Positions 35,532 through 46,441 of a stretch of 64,000 nucleotides of DNA are shown in pieces. This stretch comes from a virus. The stretch lies in the IMG/VR virus record IMGVR_UViG_3300042894_005670. One strand, given 5' to 3'. Position numbers and translations under genes: made by a program. Below the pieces are notes generated by a model. The model was given only the letters and a program-made list of their open reading frames with translations. It was not told the DNA's origin and searched no databases. Position 1 is the stretch's first letter, and every line of letters begins with the position of its first letter.

Positions 35532-36638
35532 TTAAAGTTGTGGTAGTAATTCTTTTTCTACCGTATCACTCATTACCCCAATAACATAGCTTGTACTTTC
35601 AGTTTCCTGTAGCGCAGCTTGCTTTTTATTCACGTTCAAATGTTTATTGAACCATGGAATGGGATTACTCTTAGGATGAGTACCACTATACTTTAATCCA
35701 ATATCACGTAGTTTAAGATATGCAGTGTAATCTACAAAATCTTTTAGAATTTCTGCATTCAAACCAATGACAGGACCTTTCTTGAACAAATAGTCTGCCC
35801 ATAGTTTTTCTTCACGTATAACATCTTCATACAAAGTGTATACTTCTTGTTCACACTCAATTTTGGCTTGTGCAAAACGTGGATCGTCTTTAACTACCTG
35901 ATTTATAATCCATGCTGTCCACTCAGTATGCAGTAATTCATCTTGTAAAATTAAACTAATAATGTTGCCATTACCAATAAAGATTTTATTTTCTACCATA
36001 GCTAAGCTTGTAGCAAAAGACACCATAAAACGAAATGCTTCTAAAGCATAACTTGCATTAAGTGCTAACCAAATTGCTTTGATATGCGTTGATTCAAGGA
36101 AAGGAATATAAGGAGGCTCAGAAGTTTCTTTCAAACAATTTAGTTTATGTAACTCATCATAATATTTACCTACACTAGATGCCATATCAATGATTTCTTG
36201 TGTATCATGGATTGTATTGAATACTTCTTTTGGCACACCGTAAATGTTACGTATAATATGACTATAACTTTTACTATGAATGTTGGTTTCAAAGAATGAC
36301 CAATTGTTTACTAATGCTTCTAGTTCAGGCAAACTTACTACAGGCGTAAACACTTGTGATGGTGCACGACCTTGTATACTATCTAACGCAGTTTGTCGTA
36401 ACAAATTACTAGTAAAGATATGCTTGATAGCCTCACTTGCATCTTTCATATCCATCTTATCTTTGGTTAGTGTTACTTCTTCAGGTACCCAAAAGAATCC
36501 ACGTGCAGTTTCTTCGAATTTTGCAATTCTTGGATACTTGACTTCTTCAAAACGTTGAACGGTAATTTCGCCATCCAAAAACATTTTTCTACTTAAATAA
36601 TCAGTTTTTTTTGTTAAATCATATTGTTGTTTGCTCAT
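35532..36638 (-). CDS. nrdB: Ribonucleotide reductase class Ia beta subunit
   Basis: FFWVPEEV, LDSIQGR, ETNIHSKSY, DELLH, QETE.TSY. Confidence 0.95.
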   Translation of the reverse strand: MSKQQYDLTKKTDYLSRKMFLDGEITVQRFEEVKYPRIAKFEETARGFFWVPEEVTLTKDKMDMKDASEAIKHIFTSNLLRQTALDSIQGRAPSQVFTPVVSLPELEALVNNWSFFETNIHSKSYSHIIRNIYGVPKEVFNTIHDTQEIIDMASSVGKYYDELHKLNCLKETSEPPYIPFLESTHIKAIWLALNASYALEAFRFMVSFATSLAMVENKIFIGNGNIISLILQDELLHTEWTAWIINQVVKDDPRFAQAKIECEQEVYTLYEDVIREEKLWADYLFKKGPVIGLNAEILKDFVDYTAYLKLRDIGLKYSGTHPKSNPIPWFNKHLNVNKKQAALQETESTSYVIGVMSDTVEKELLPQL

Positions 36639-37294
36639 TTTTCTACCCATTGTTTAATTCTATTATGTACACCACTTGCTAAAACAATTTTACATATGTG
36701 TTCTAATCGCTCAATATGCTCAAATGCTCTCCAAGGTGTACTATCTACTGCGACTACTCCATGTCCTTTTATACCTACAATATCATACTTAATAAAACCA
36801 CGTTCGTCTAATCCTAGTGCCGCATGACAAGCATCGCCTAGCTCTTTACTAATTGGTGGAACATCACCAACATTAGGCGCAACTTTAGTATAACGACTTA
36901 ACTCAGGAAAATCTTTGACTAAATTTTGTAAAGAAATACCTGCATGCATAGCTGCAATAGTATAGGTAGGATGCACATGAACTACTACACGAATATCATC
37001 AAGGTGTTGCCCTAGTTCTTTTTGCAACCCAAAATGTAATGGTAACTCACCACTTGGTTGTAGGTTACCACTTATATCATCTTGCTCTATGATTTCATGA
37101 TGATAGTCATTTTGTGTTTTTACAATACGAATTTTTTTGAACATATCATATTGCATTTTTTGTTTACGTACACCGCTAGGTGTAATATAAAAATGATTAC
37201 GGTCATGGTATCTGATGCTTATATTACCATCTCTACTTGTAATCCAATTTCTATGATATGCTTCAACTAAAATATCACAACAAGTTTCCAACAT
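36635..37294 (-). CDS. Class II aldolase/adducin family protein
   Basis: DGNIS.R, ITPSG, PSGELPLH, VVHVHP, GHGV. Confidence 0.9.
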   Translation of the reverse strand: MLETCCDILVEAYHRNWITSRDGNISIRYHDRNHFYITPSGVRKQKMQYDMFKKIRIVKTQNDYHHEIIEQDDISGNLQPSGELPLHFGLQKELGQHLDDIRVVVHVHPTYTIAAMHAGISLQNLVKDFPELSRYTKVAPNVGDVPPISKELGDACHAALGLDERGFIKYDIVGIKGHGVVAVDSTPWRAFEHIERLEHICKIVLASGVHNRIKQWVEK

Positions 37295-39618
37295 TATAAC
37301 TTACACCCTTCACAATCTTCCTCAGCAAATTCTTCCTCAATAGGTGGCATAAATGTTATAATGTTATCATCTTTCAACGCAGCTTTTGCGCCCATCTTAT
37401 TGATAAGTGAATAATAATATGTTTTCAATCCCCAATGTACACCAAGCATTAAATTTTTCGCAACGACTGTAGCAGGTACTTTACCCCCACTATAATGTGC
37501 AGGATTGTAAAAGGTATTTGTACTGATACTTTGATCGACATATGCAGCAAGAACAGCAGCAGTTTTTAGATAATCTACGCAATCAGTTTGTTCCCACATA
37601 AGTTGATAACGACTTTTTAATCTACGATATTCAGGAACAACTTGTACAAATGACCCCGCTTTACTTTCTTTTACACTGATTAACTCCATAGGCATCTCAA
37701 TACCATTTGTGCTGTTAAGAACTACACTGCTGCTTTCTACAGGAGCAATTGCCATCAATGTAGCGTTGCGTATGCCATGTTTTTTGATCTTGGCACGAAG
37801 TGGCTCCCAATCAATTGATGGTGTAAAATCGGTCAATTCATTTACACCTTGTGCTCGACGCTCCCAAGGAAATACGCCACGACCATAATAAGTATATTGA
37901 CTGCGAGCGCATGCACCACGTTCTTGTGCTAATTCAACACTCATTTCAGTTAAGTAAAATGCTTGATGTTCCATCCAGCGTTTTACTTCAGCAAGTGCTT
38001 CAGATGTACCATAACGATAATTTCTCCTAGCATGCCAATATGCAAGATTAGTGATACCCACACCAAGTGGTTCAAAATCATCATTGGCTAGTTTACTTTG
38101 TATACTAAGAAAGTCTTGGTAACCAAGTAAATTACTTAAGCTACGTACTAGTACACGACATGCTTTACGCATTTCTTGTGGTGTTCTAAATGACCCCCAA
38201 TTAATACTACCTAATGTACATAATGCGATTCTTCCATTAGCATCTTCAATTCTTTGGAATGGGCGAGTTGGTAATAATATTTCTTGGCAAAGATTACTTT
38301 GGTATATAGGATCTGTTTTAGTATCAAATGATGACTGTGCAATAACGTTATCAATATTTACAAGGTATATTCGCCCTGTATCAGTACGTTCTTTTAAAAT
38401 ACCATTTTTAAATATTTCATCCGCTGATAATACTTTTTTCTTTTTAGTTTTATCATGTTCATACTTGACATACAACTTTTCAAATTCTTCAGTATTACGA
38501 TAAAACGCTTGGTACAAATCAGGTACTTCATGTGGATCAAATAAGGTAATGTTTCCACCTTCACGATATCTGCGCCAAAAGAATTTACTTACCACAACGC
38601 TATAGTCCATTTGACGAACACGTGTTTCTTCCGTACCTTGGTTATTTTTTAGTACAATAAAATCTTCAAATTGTGCATGCCAAATAGGTAATGTAACGGT
38701 ACAACTTGCGTTACGAATACCACCTTGACTACAACTACGTAAATCACTAAACCATTTTTTAAGAAATGGTACTAACCCTGTGTGTTTAATTTCCCCATTG
38801 CGAATAGGTGCACCCAATGGACGAATTCTACCGATTTCTAATCCAATACCTGCACGTTTACTCGCATATTTTGCCATCATTTCTCCTGCAGCGAATATGC
38901 TATCAAGGGTATCATCACTACTGATAAGAACGCAAGAACTGAACTGTTTAGTAGTAGTGCCAAGCCCAGCAAGCACAGGGGTGGCAAGAGTGAAATGACC
39001 ATCTGAAGCGCACTCATAATAATCCTTGACATATTTTAATCTTGTTTCTTTTGGTTCATTGTGGAAAGCTGTAGCTGCCGCAATAGCATATCTTATTTGT
39101 GGAGTTTCATATAATGTATTGGTGGCACGATTTTGTACCAAATATTTTTCGCAAAGTTGTTCAATTGCGCTGTAGGTATATTTTTGATCTTTATCATGAT
39201 CGATAAACAATTCAATAGTATCCCATTCTTGCTCAGTATACCAACTAAGTAAATCCGCCGTATACATACCTAATTCTACATTACGTTTGACAATATCATA
39301 TAAACGATCAGGCTCATACTTGCCATAAACTTCTTTACGTAGCATTGAAACACGTTGGCGACCTGCTACGTATTGGTAATTGACATTATTAATTTCAGGA
39401 TTTTCTGATTCATCAATTAAATCAACCATAGCTTTTAGTAGTAATCCATCAATTGTTTTGGTGGACATACCATCTGTGAATTGTATTTGTGCCCTGATTT
39501 CTATCATACTTGGGCTAACATTATCTATACCCCTACATCCATTTTGTACTTGACGCTGAATTTTGGAAATATCTAGAGGAACACGAGACCCATCTCGCTT
39601 TATAACGTTGATTGTCAT
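37294..39618 (-). CDS. nrdA: Ribonucleotide reductase class Ia alpha subunit
   Basis: ATP cone VIKRDG, QFSSC, SQGGIR, SNLCQEI, KTYYY, C-terminal CEGCKL. Confidence 0.96.
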   Translation of the reverse strand: MTINVIKRDGSRVPLDISKIQRQVQNGCRGIDNVSPSMIEIRAQIQFTDGMSTKTIDGLLLKAMVDLIDESENPEINNVNYQYVAGRQRVSMLRKEVYGKYEPDRLYDIVKRNVELGMYTADLLSWYTEQEWDTIELFIDHDKDQKYTYSAIEQLCEKYLVQNRATNTLYETPQIRYAIAAATAFHNEPKETRLKYVKDYYECASDGHFTLATPVLAGLGTTTKQFSSCVLISSDDTLDSIFAAGEMMAKYASKRAGIGLEIGRIRPLGAPIRNGEIKHTGLVPFLKKWFSDLRSCSQGGIRNASCTVTLPIWHAQFEDFIVLKNNQGTEETRVRQMDYSVVVSKFFWRRYREGGNITLFDPHEVPDLYQAFYRNTEEFEKLYVKYEHDKTKKKKVLSADEIFKNGILKERTDTGRIYLVNIDNVIAQSSFDTKTDPIYQSNLCQEILLPTRPFQRIEDANGRIALCTLGSINWGSFRTPQEMRKACRVLVRSLSNLLGYQDFLSIQSKLANDDFEPLGVGITNLAYWHARRNYRYGTSEALAEVKRWMEHQAFYLTEMSVELAQERGACARSQYTYYGRGVFPWERRAQGVNELTDFTPSIDWEPLRAKIKKHGIRNATLMAIAPVESSSVVLNSTNGIEMPMELISVKESKAGSFVQVVPEYRRLKSRYQLMWEQTDCVDYLKTAAVLAAYVDQSISTNTFYNPAHYSGGKVPATVVAKNLMLGVHWGLKTYYYSLINKMGAKAALKDDNIITFMPPIEEEFAEEDCEGCKL

Positions 39619-39629
39619 TTTTTAATACC

Positions 39630-40067
39630 TTATGTAATTTTGTGTTTTATGAGTTCTAAATCGAAAGTTTTCTTGACCGTAAAGTCGGCAGATTTGATAT
39701 TTAGAACCATGTTAGGCCAATAATTAAGTACATATTTTGCACCGTCAACTAAGACTAAAGGACAGTCTTCGCCTTGGTTATCAGTAGCCATAACAAGTTT
39801 ATTATTTTTAATTCCACACATTTCCACAGTATATAAAATACCTAGTGCACGTGTCAATAAACAATATGTATTTTCAGATAATAAAGTCCATGGATCAGGC
39901 CAATTGTACATATCCGTAGGATGTAAATGTCTGCTAACTAGTGGAGCATATTGCCACCATCTATCTATGTTTAAGCATTGTTCAATTAATAGTAGACTTT
40001 TGGCTTCAACCCGTAGCTGTTTCCAAGATCTTAATCGTTGTTCATACGAACATTGAAAAATATTCAT
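39630..40067 (-). CDS. Hypothetical protein
   Basis: 145-aa ORF with WPDPW.L. Confidence 0.6.
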   Translation of the reverse strand: MNIFQCSYEQRLRSWKQLRVEAKSLLLIEQCLNIDRWWQYAPLVSRHLHPTDMYNWPDPWTLLSENTYCLLTRALGILYTVEMCGIKNNKLVMATDNQGEDCPLVLVDGAKYVLNYWPNMVLNIKSADFTVKKTFDLELIKHKIT

Positions 40068-40070
40068 GTA

Positions 40071-42830
40071 TTATGAGGTTGTTTGTCTTTTACCAATAAC
40101 GAAAAATGTGCTTGCTGCAGTACTAAACACGTTGAATGTATATACATCATATCCATTTGCAACAGGCGTAGGAGCACCTGATACCCAAGAAATGTTTGCG
40201 TTGGAACCATCAATTTGAATAACATTTGCTACAGAAATTGCAGTATTTGGGTTTTTAACGACTGCACTTAATTCCATGGTAGTACCTATTGGCATTACAT
40301 TAGACAAATTAGTAATATTAATTGTAAAGTTTGCGTTACCACCTGATTGAAATAGATAATTAGTTGATGATGCAGCATTGAAAATTAAAGTACCAATTGG
40401 AGCAAGTAAGAATATATTTGCATGTTCAACCGCTGAAGTTGTCACCGTACGATCAAATATACCAAAATCTGATGACAAATTAGGACTAGTAATATTGCCA
40501 ATATTCGCATAATTAGCAGAAATCACATTAGCTGATATGTTTGATACATTAGATAAATTGTTTACCGTTAATGTACCACCAATAGCTAAGTTAGTTAATG
40601 TACCTACGCTTGTAATATTGGGTTGGGCATTGCTATTTGCGCTTAAGGTTGCAGTGAGGAAACTGCCTACAGTTAAATTACTGCTAATTAAACCATTACC
40701 TGTGCTTAAAAAACTACCGTTACTATAAAAGCTAGTTGTACCTGTGTTACCAACAACTAAATTACTTAACTGTCCAATAGCAGTAACATTAGGTTGATTA
40801 GCAGTAATTAATTGACCACTTAAACCATTACTAGCTATAACGACATTAGCAGTTAAATTAGCACCAATATTAGCGTTAGTGTTTACCGTAAGTGATACTA
40901 AGTTACCAATGCTTGTAATATTTGGTTGTGATGCAGTGACTAAAGGTCCAACAATAGCGTTAGCATTAACTACATTAGAAAATACGTTTGTTGCATTTAC
41001 TGTATTGTTTACAGTTAAATCTACATTAGTGGCTATACCTAAATTACCAACTTGTAAAACATTGGCTGTACCACCTACACTAAAAAATATTGTACCATTT
41101 ATTGCAGGAATGCTTATATTGCTATTGCCATTTGCATAAAGACCAACAATGTTAGGTGCACTGAGATTACCTGAAAAGTTACCTGTACCTGCTACGTTAA
41201 CACCTGTGCCTGTAATATTAGCAACCGTATTACCTGCTGATATAAAAGCAATATTACTATTTGATGTTAATTGTATCCTGCTATTACCATTACTTAAATT
41301 ACCAATAAAATTAGCTGCCGTAATGTTTTGTGTAACAGTAACAGAATTTGCTATAGCTGTTGTTGCAGTAAATCCATCTGATGAAATGACTATAATGTCA
41401 GGTTGACCATTACTAGTAAACGTTATTGTAGAATTAGGTTGAATAACAATATTGCTATTACCATTAACCACACTAGAAGTATTAAAATTACCTGATATAG
41501 TATGTGCAACAATGTTTCCACTAAAGTTTGCATTGACACCATTTAAATTACCACCAATTGTCAAATTGGCAGCAATATTAGCTGTATTTGAAGTTATAGT
41601 ATCATTAGTAATTGTGGTAAGATTAGCATTTCCTGCAGTAATACGAGTAACAGTGACGTTACCATTTGATATAGCAACGTTGCCAAATGTTACATTGCCA
41701 TTGGCAGTTAACGCACCACTTAGAGATAAACTATTGCCACTTACGTTACCATTGACCGATAAATTTGCATTACTAATAGCTAAATCATTTGCGTTAGCAG
41801 TAAGTACAGCATCACCCAAAAATATAGATGAGTTACTTAAATAAATGTCTTTCCAACGATTAGTATTATTACCTAAATTATAGGTAACATTGGCGTTAGG
41901 GATTAAGTTTGATACGACATTCGTTACAGCAATTGTATTAACAGTAGTACTATTGGCTATGGTTAAATTACTAGCAGTAACATTTCTTGTGGCAACAACA
42001 TTACCTTCACTGATAAACACATTAACAGTAGCGTTTCCAACATTAGCGTTTGAGCTAAAATTAGCATTTGCTGCTGATACAAAACCTTGTGCAGTAAGAT
42101 TTCCTGTTAGGGCAATGCCTGTTGAATTTGCCCATACATTATAATTTCCTACGATTAAATTACCCGCTGTATTTGATCCTGAACCATCATTGACTTCAAG
42201 TGTTGTAGCTGCACGTAATACTAGATTAGCTACAATAGTATTAGATACAATGTTTGCGTTGACATTAGCTTGATCTACGGTAATTCTTGTGGCAAATATT
42301 TGCCCGTTGGATATATTGGCATTACCTGAAAAGTAAGCATTTGTAATATTTGCATTACCCATAGTTGCGGTATCAGTAACGCTTAAATTAGATGTAACAG
42401 TGCTTCCTGTCACAACTAATGCTGAATTTGAACTATAAAAATTTAAATTTGCGCTAGCATTTAAGGCACCTGCATTATTATATTGTATTTGATTTGTTGA
42501 GCCTGCTACTGTGCCTGCTACTGCGTTAGGTACAGCACTCCATGTTAATACACCGTTACCATTGGTTTGCAAAAAGTAACCATTATTACCCCCACCAAGT
42601 GAAAAGTTTGCCACATTGGATATGGTAACATTGCCACTTAAATCAATAGGGCTATATTTTGTAAGAATTTCTGTATTATTTGGATCAGGATCGCCTACAC
42701 GATTTGCGTCATTGCCAATAAATAGTCTGCGTTCATCGTCTGCCCAACCAAATTCGCCTGGGCTAAGTTGAGGTAAATCAGAGACATTACCCGTTCTTAC
42801 CTGTATTTTGCTTATTTGAATGATTGCCAT
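40071..42830 (-). CDS. Long fibre/baseplate protein
   Basis: IQVRTG...LPQL..GEFGWA.D.RRLFIG N-terminal anchor; QPNITS.G.L repeats; YNLG....RWKDIY. Confidence 0.7.
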   Translation of the reverse strand: MAIIQISKIQVRTGNVSDLPQLSPGEFGWADDERRLFIGNDANRVGDPDPNNTEILTKYSPIDLSGNVTISNVANFSLGGGNNGYFLQTNGNGVLTWSAVPNAVAGTVAGSTNQIQYNNAGALNASANLNFYSSNSALVVTGSTVTSNLSVTDTATMGNANITNAYFSGNANISNGQIFATRITVDQANVNANIVSNTIVANLVLRAATTLEVNDGSGSNTAGNLIVGNYNVWANSTGIALTGNLTAQGFVSAANANFSSNANVGNATVNVFISEGNVVATRNVTASNLTIANSTTVNTIAVTNVVSNLIPNANVTYNLGNNTNRWKDIYLSNSSIFLGDAVLTANANDLAISNANLSVNGNVSGNSLSLSGALTANGNVTFGNVAISNGNVTVTRITAGNANLTTITNDTITSNTANIAANLTIGGNLNGVNANFSGNIVAHTISGNFNTSSVVNGNSNIVIQPNSTITFTSNGQPDIIVISSDGFTATTAIANSVTVTQNITAANFIGNLSNGNSRIQLTSNSNIAFISAGNTVANITGTGVNVAGTGNFSGNLSAPNIVGLYANGNSNISIPAINGTIFFSVGGTANVLQVGNLGIATNVDLTVNNTVNATNVFSNVVNANAIVGPLVTASQPNITSIGNLVSLTVNTNANIGANLTANVVIASNGLSGQLITANQPNVTAIGQLSNLVVGNTGTTSFYSNGSFLSTGNGLISSNLTVGSFLTATLSANSNAQPNITSVGTLTNLAIGGTLTVNNLSNVSNISANVISANYANIGNITSPNLSSDFGIFDRTVTTSAVEHANIFLLAPIGTLIFNAASSTNYLFQSGGNANFTINITNLSNVMPIGTTMELSAVVKNPNTAISVANVIQIDGSNANISWVSGAPTPVANGYDVYTFNVFSTAASTFFVIGKRQTTS

Positions 42831-42862
42831 AGTATATCTTTTATAGTGATATACTTATTTAT

Positions 42863-43573
42863 TCAAATTATCTGTCTTGCTTGTACTAATGAAAAGTATT
42901 GTTCTAAACGATCCCACATTAAACGATTAAATCGCTTCCACTCATCACCCTCTAAAATAAATTCTTGGTAAATTGGTAGAACTGTTTTTTCAGGTTTCAC
43001 ACACATCATAATAACACCTTGTTTAATATCAGTGCCATGTACTTCATTATGTGCATTAGCATAAAACACTAGCTGTAGGAAATAACCATCAATCCATTCA
43101 CGTTTTTTAGGTTTATTCGATTGCTTAAAGTCAATAATACTAGGAATATTTTTATGTACACCAATACAGTCTGTGGTTCCTGCATATAATTCAGGATAAT
43201 AAAGTGGTACTTCTACACCCCAAAATTCTTGACAATTTTTTAAACCTTTTTGGATAACTTCATCAGCCATATGCCAACTATCATGGTGCATAAAATTAGT
43301 TGACTTAGATGGTTGCACACCATCTTTTATGTATCGCTCCAAATACGTGTGCATTTTTGTACCACGATTTGCTGCTTCCGTAGAAATTTGATTTGCTTTG
43401 GCTTCACCAACACGTTTTTTCCACTCAAATAAAGCCTTTTTTTCTTCTTCAGGTTTAGTAGCGTCTAATATGGTTGTAACCGATGGAAGTTTGCCATTTG
43501 GCGTTTCATAGTGACGCTTACCTGATACGTTTACACGGTTAATTGTAGTATATTTAAATTTTGGATTGTACAT
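42863..43573 (-). CDS. PD-(D/E)XK exonuclease
   Basis: LPSVTTIL, RGT.MH, E..L...YAGTTD, IIDFK, QL..YA. Confidence 0.85.
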   Translation of the reverse strand: MYNPKFKYTTINRVNVSGKRHYETPNGKLPSVTTILDATKPEEEKKALFEWKKRVGEAKANQISTEAANRGTKMHTYLERYIKDGVQPSKSTNFMHHDSWHMADEVIQKGLKNCQEFWGVEVPLYYPELYAGTTDCIGVHKNIPSIIDFKQSNKPKKREWIDGYFLQLVFYANAHNEVHGTDIKQGVIMMCVKPEKTVLPIYQEFILEGDEWKRFNRLMWDRLEQYFSLVQARQII

Positions 43574-43625
43574 TTGTGATACATTTTATAGTAGTTTACA
43601 ACTATTAGCAAATATTTTGGATAAA

Positions 43626-43946
43626 TTAAACTGAAAAACTTTCACCGCAACCGCAGCGACTTTTCTCTATTGGATTGATAAACTCAAATCCTTCGTTTAA
43701 TCCTTTTTTCTGATAGTCAACTTGTAAATCATTTAGGTATACATGGTGTTCAGGTTTTGTATAAACATGTATACCATAAGATTCATGTACAGTTAATCCT
43801 ACTTGAATATTATCAACATATTCTAGTGTATAGGCTAAACCACTGCAGCCTGTGGTTTTAACACCTATTTGTATGCCAATACCACGTCCACGATTGGCTA
43901 ATAATGTTTTTATTTTATTTGCTGCTACTTCTGTTAACGTTATCAT
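43626..43946 (-). CDS. iscA: A-type Fe-S carrier, IscA-like
   Basis: GVKTTGCSGLAY...GLNEGFEF.NP....CGCGESF. Confidence 0.88.
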   Translation of the reverse strand: MITLTEVAANKIKTLLANRGRGIGIQIGVKTTGCSGLAYTLEYVDNIQVGLTVHESYGIHVYTKPEHHVYLNDLQVDYQKKGLNEGFEFINPIEKSRCGCGESFSV

Positions 43947-43948
43947 TC

Positions 43949-44296
43949 TTACATTGATTTTGTTGCTTGAATAGCTTTATCCTTGACAATTTTTGCGCTA
44001 TCGTCCGTAGGGCTTGTTTTATCACTGCTATCAGTACCTTTAAAAGTAACTCCTTTATCAAAATCCGAAATAATATTTTTAATAGGATCATCTTGGATAA
44101 TATCGTAAAGGTCATCTTTACTTAAAGTTATACCATCTTTTTTTAAAATGTTTAATACAGAATCTACTGTATACGGCTTTTTAGCACCACTATCTTCATA
44201 ACGTGCACGTAGTTGGCTTAACAAAGATGTTATTTCCACCCTTAGTGGATCATCATCTTTGTTAATATCTTCTACAAAAAACTCTCTAAATCGCAC
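43949..44296 (-). CDS. Hypothetical protein, probable head protein
   Basis: GTG start MRFREFFVE. Confidence 0.6.
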   Translation of the reverse strand: MRFREFFVEDINKDDDPLRVEITSLLSQLRARYEDSGAKKPYTVDSVLNILKKDGITLSKDDLYDIIQDDPIKNIISDFDKGVTFKGTDSSDKTSPTDDSAKIVKDKAIQATKSM

Positions 44297-44298
44297 GA

Positions 44299-45006
44299 TT
44301 AACGCAACTCTCTACCTGCTGCGCCAATTTCTTCTTCGCCTTCATCAGGCTCGGGTAATTCAGGCATAGCTTCAGCGTCTGCACCTAACTCTGCGGCAGG
44401 TGCTGCCATATCAGGTTGGTCACTTACAGGAGCTACTGCACCACCTGCATCAAATCCTGCGGATGCTGCACGACCTAATAATACGTCTTGTGCACCTACA
44501 ATTGATGCTTTAGCTTGTGCTATGGCATCTTGTAATTGTGATAAGGCATCACTTGCACTTTGACTAAATTGATCTGCACCTTGTGCGCTTTGCTCAGTTT
44601 GGCGCATTTGTTCTTCAATAGCAGCTAGATCTTTGACACGCATGTCACTAACACGCTCAACCATTTTTTGCAATTCTTGAATCATGTTTTCTGCTGCCAT
44701 AACATTTGCTGCTGATGTAACAGTTTCATCTTCGACAACAATAGTTGGACGTACATTTAAATCAGTAAAATGATTAGAAAGCATCTGCTCCATCATTAAT
44801 AATTTCAAATATGAATTATTTTTATGACTTTCATGGATTTTACTTGTGGTACGTGCATCTTTTAATAATGTACGCACTTTATCAAGCATACTTTTTGTTG
44901 TACGGAAATCTAGCTTATTCAAATCATAGTTTAAACCATAGTGCTCTTTTAAAGCACGACTTGCAATTTTACTAGCTTTACTTTCGTTTAGTTCTGTTAA
45001 TCTCAT
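44299..45006 (-). CDS. Probable prohead core/scaffold-like protein
   Basis: Start MRLTELNES; helical; acidic P/A-rich tail. Confidence 0.5.
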   Translation of the reverse strand: MRLTELNESKASKIASRALKEHYGLNYDLNKLDFRTTKSMLDKVRTLLKDARTTSKIHESHKNNSYLKLLMMEQMLSNHFTDLNVRPTIVVEDETVTSAANVMAAENMIQELQKMVERVSDMRVKDLAAIEEQMRQTEQSAQGADQFSQSASDALSQLQDAIAQAKASIVGAQDVLLGRAASAGFDAGGAVAPVSDQPDMAAPAAELGADAEAMPELPEPDEGEEEIGAAGRELR

Positions 45007-45457
45007 TTTCAAATCCTTTTTGTTGACATAGTTTAGCAACTTTAATGTATTTATCCAATTCATTATTAAAAGTTAATTGCTTATGAGTAATCATTTGAAC
45101 TTTTGCTGTTTGAATTAGATATTGTTCAATAGTTCCTTTTTTACTAAGTTTTTCATGAACTTTCTTTTCAAAATCAAGACCACAAAGTAAATTATCAATT
45201 TCATGTAGCTTAGTTGCCTCATGCATCATGAACTTATTGTCTAATATAGCCCATGCTATAGCATGTTTTAGTTTAAAAAATTGAAATTCACGTTCATCAC
45301 CACGTCTTAAGACGTTAATATAGTTATTTTTCTTAAAAATAAAATATTGGTTATACAATACATAGCCATCATTTGTATCTACTATAATTCGTTTAAGTAT
45401 TTTTGGTAATACAACTTCAGCAATTTCTTGCAATTTATCATAGGGTATTTTTCTCAT
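44978..45457 (-). CDS. Hypothetical protein
   Basis: 159-aa ORF in operon. Confidence 0.6.
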   Translation of the reverse strand: MRKIPYDKLQEIAEVVLPKILKRIIVDTNDGYVLYNQYFIFKKNNYINVLRRGDEREFQFFKLKHAIAWAILDNKFMMHEATKLHEIDNLLCGLDFEKKVHEKLSKKGTIEQYLIQTAKVQMITHKQLTFNNELDKYIKVAKLCQQKGFENEINRTKRK

Positions 45458-45881
45458 CGATTACTTCAAAATGAATATTTTTAAAATCATTATTAATATT
45501 TAACAAACCTGATAATCCATTCCACTCTTCTAAACCAATAATCATGGGCACATGATCGCAATCTTCATATAACCCACCAAGTTCATCCTCACCAAGTTGG
45601 AAAACACTATGCTGTTGTACTACAAAAGTAAATGACCACATAGGTATAAAATCTTTTGATTTGTATTTTTTACCAAAGGGCTGAGATAACCTTTGGCTAT
45701 CTTTAATAGGCATACTAATGTCTTCAGGTTGTGCTCTTATACCAATACATTGTAAAATTGTTTCGTAATTTGATTGCTGACTACCTTTAAAGTCATCGTC
45801 ATCTTTACGATCTAATTTATTTCGTCTAAAATTTACATCTGTTTTAGTTATGTCGTATAATGTTGTACAGCGTATCTTCAT
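45438..45881 (-). CDS. Hypothetical protein
   Basis: Probable start MKIRCTTLYDIT. Confidence 0.6.
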   Translation of the reverse strand: MKIRCTTLYDITKTDVNFRRNKLDRKDDDDFKGSQQSNYETILQCIGIRAQPEDISMPIKDSQRLSQPFGKKYKSKDFIPMWSFTFVVQQHSVFQLGEDELGGLYEDCDHVPMIIGLEEWNGLSGLLNINNDFKNIHFEVIDEKNTL

Positions 45882-45900
45882 GACTTTATTTAACGACAAT

Positions 45901-45928
45901 AAAAAAGCCCCGAAAAAATCGGGGCTTA
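45901..45928 (-). terminator. Intrinsic terminator
   Basis: AAGCCCCGA-TTTT-TCGGGGCTT plus T-tract. Confidence 0.8.
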
Positions 45929-45957
45929 GTGTGCACAATATATTATATTGTTATATA

Positions 45958-46356
45958 TTACGCAAATGTTGCGCCTGTTGCTACAGAAATATTTGCTGTG
46001 AATGAACTATTTGCTGCTTGAATGCCATTTGTGATAGCTGTATCAAGTGTAGATGTTGTCCATGCACCAACAGGATACACAGCGATTGCTAATGTATCAT
46101 CAGTTGCGTTGTTGTACTGATATAAATGAATGGTAGCTAATTGCTCAATTGACTGAAATACTGCTGTTGCATAATCAGCAATTTGTGAACCATTACCTGT
46201 TACTGTAAACATCTGTAAATCAGGACCTTGTGGTTGTACTGCTACACCACTTGTCATTGCATTGATGTTACCACTATTTGTGTATGCGTTACCTGTACCT
46301 TGATCGTATACGGCTACGGGTTGAAAATCACCATTAACTCTTGTAAAACCTGCCAT
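45958..46356 (-). CDS. Small virion protein (possible capsid decoration)
   Basis: Own late promoter, AAGGAG SD and terminator; A/T/N-rich. Confidence 0.5.
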   Translation of the reverse strand: MAGFTRVNGDFQPVAVYDQGTGNAYTNSGNINAMTSGVAVQPQGPDLQMFTVTGNGSQIADYATAVFQSIEQLATIHLYQYNNATDDTLAIAVYPVGAWTTSTLDTAITNGIQAANSSFTANISVATGATFA

Positions 46357-46441
46357 TTTTTTTCTCCTTAATGTTTTGAACCAAAGGTTCTAATTTTATT
46401 TATCTTATTTGTAAAAAAATAGCTTGTTACCTAAAAACTAC

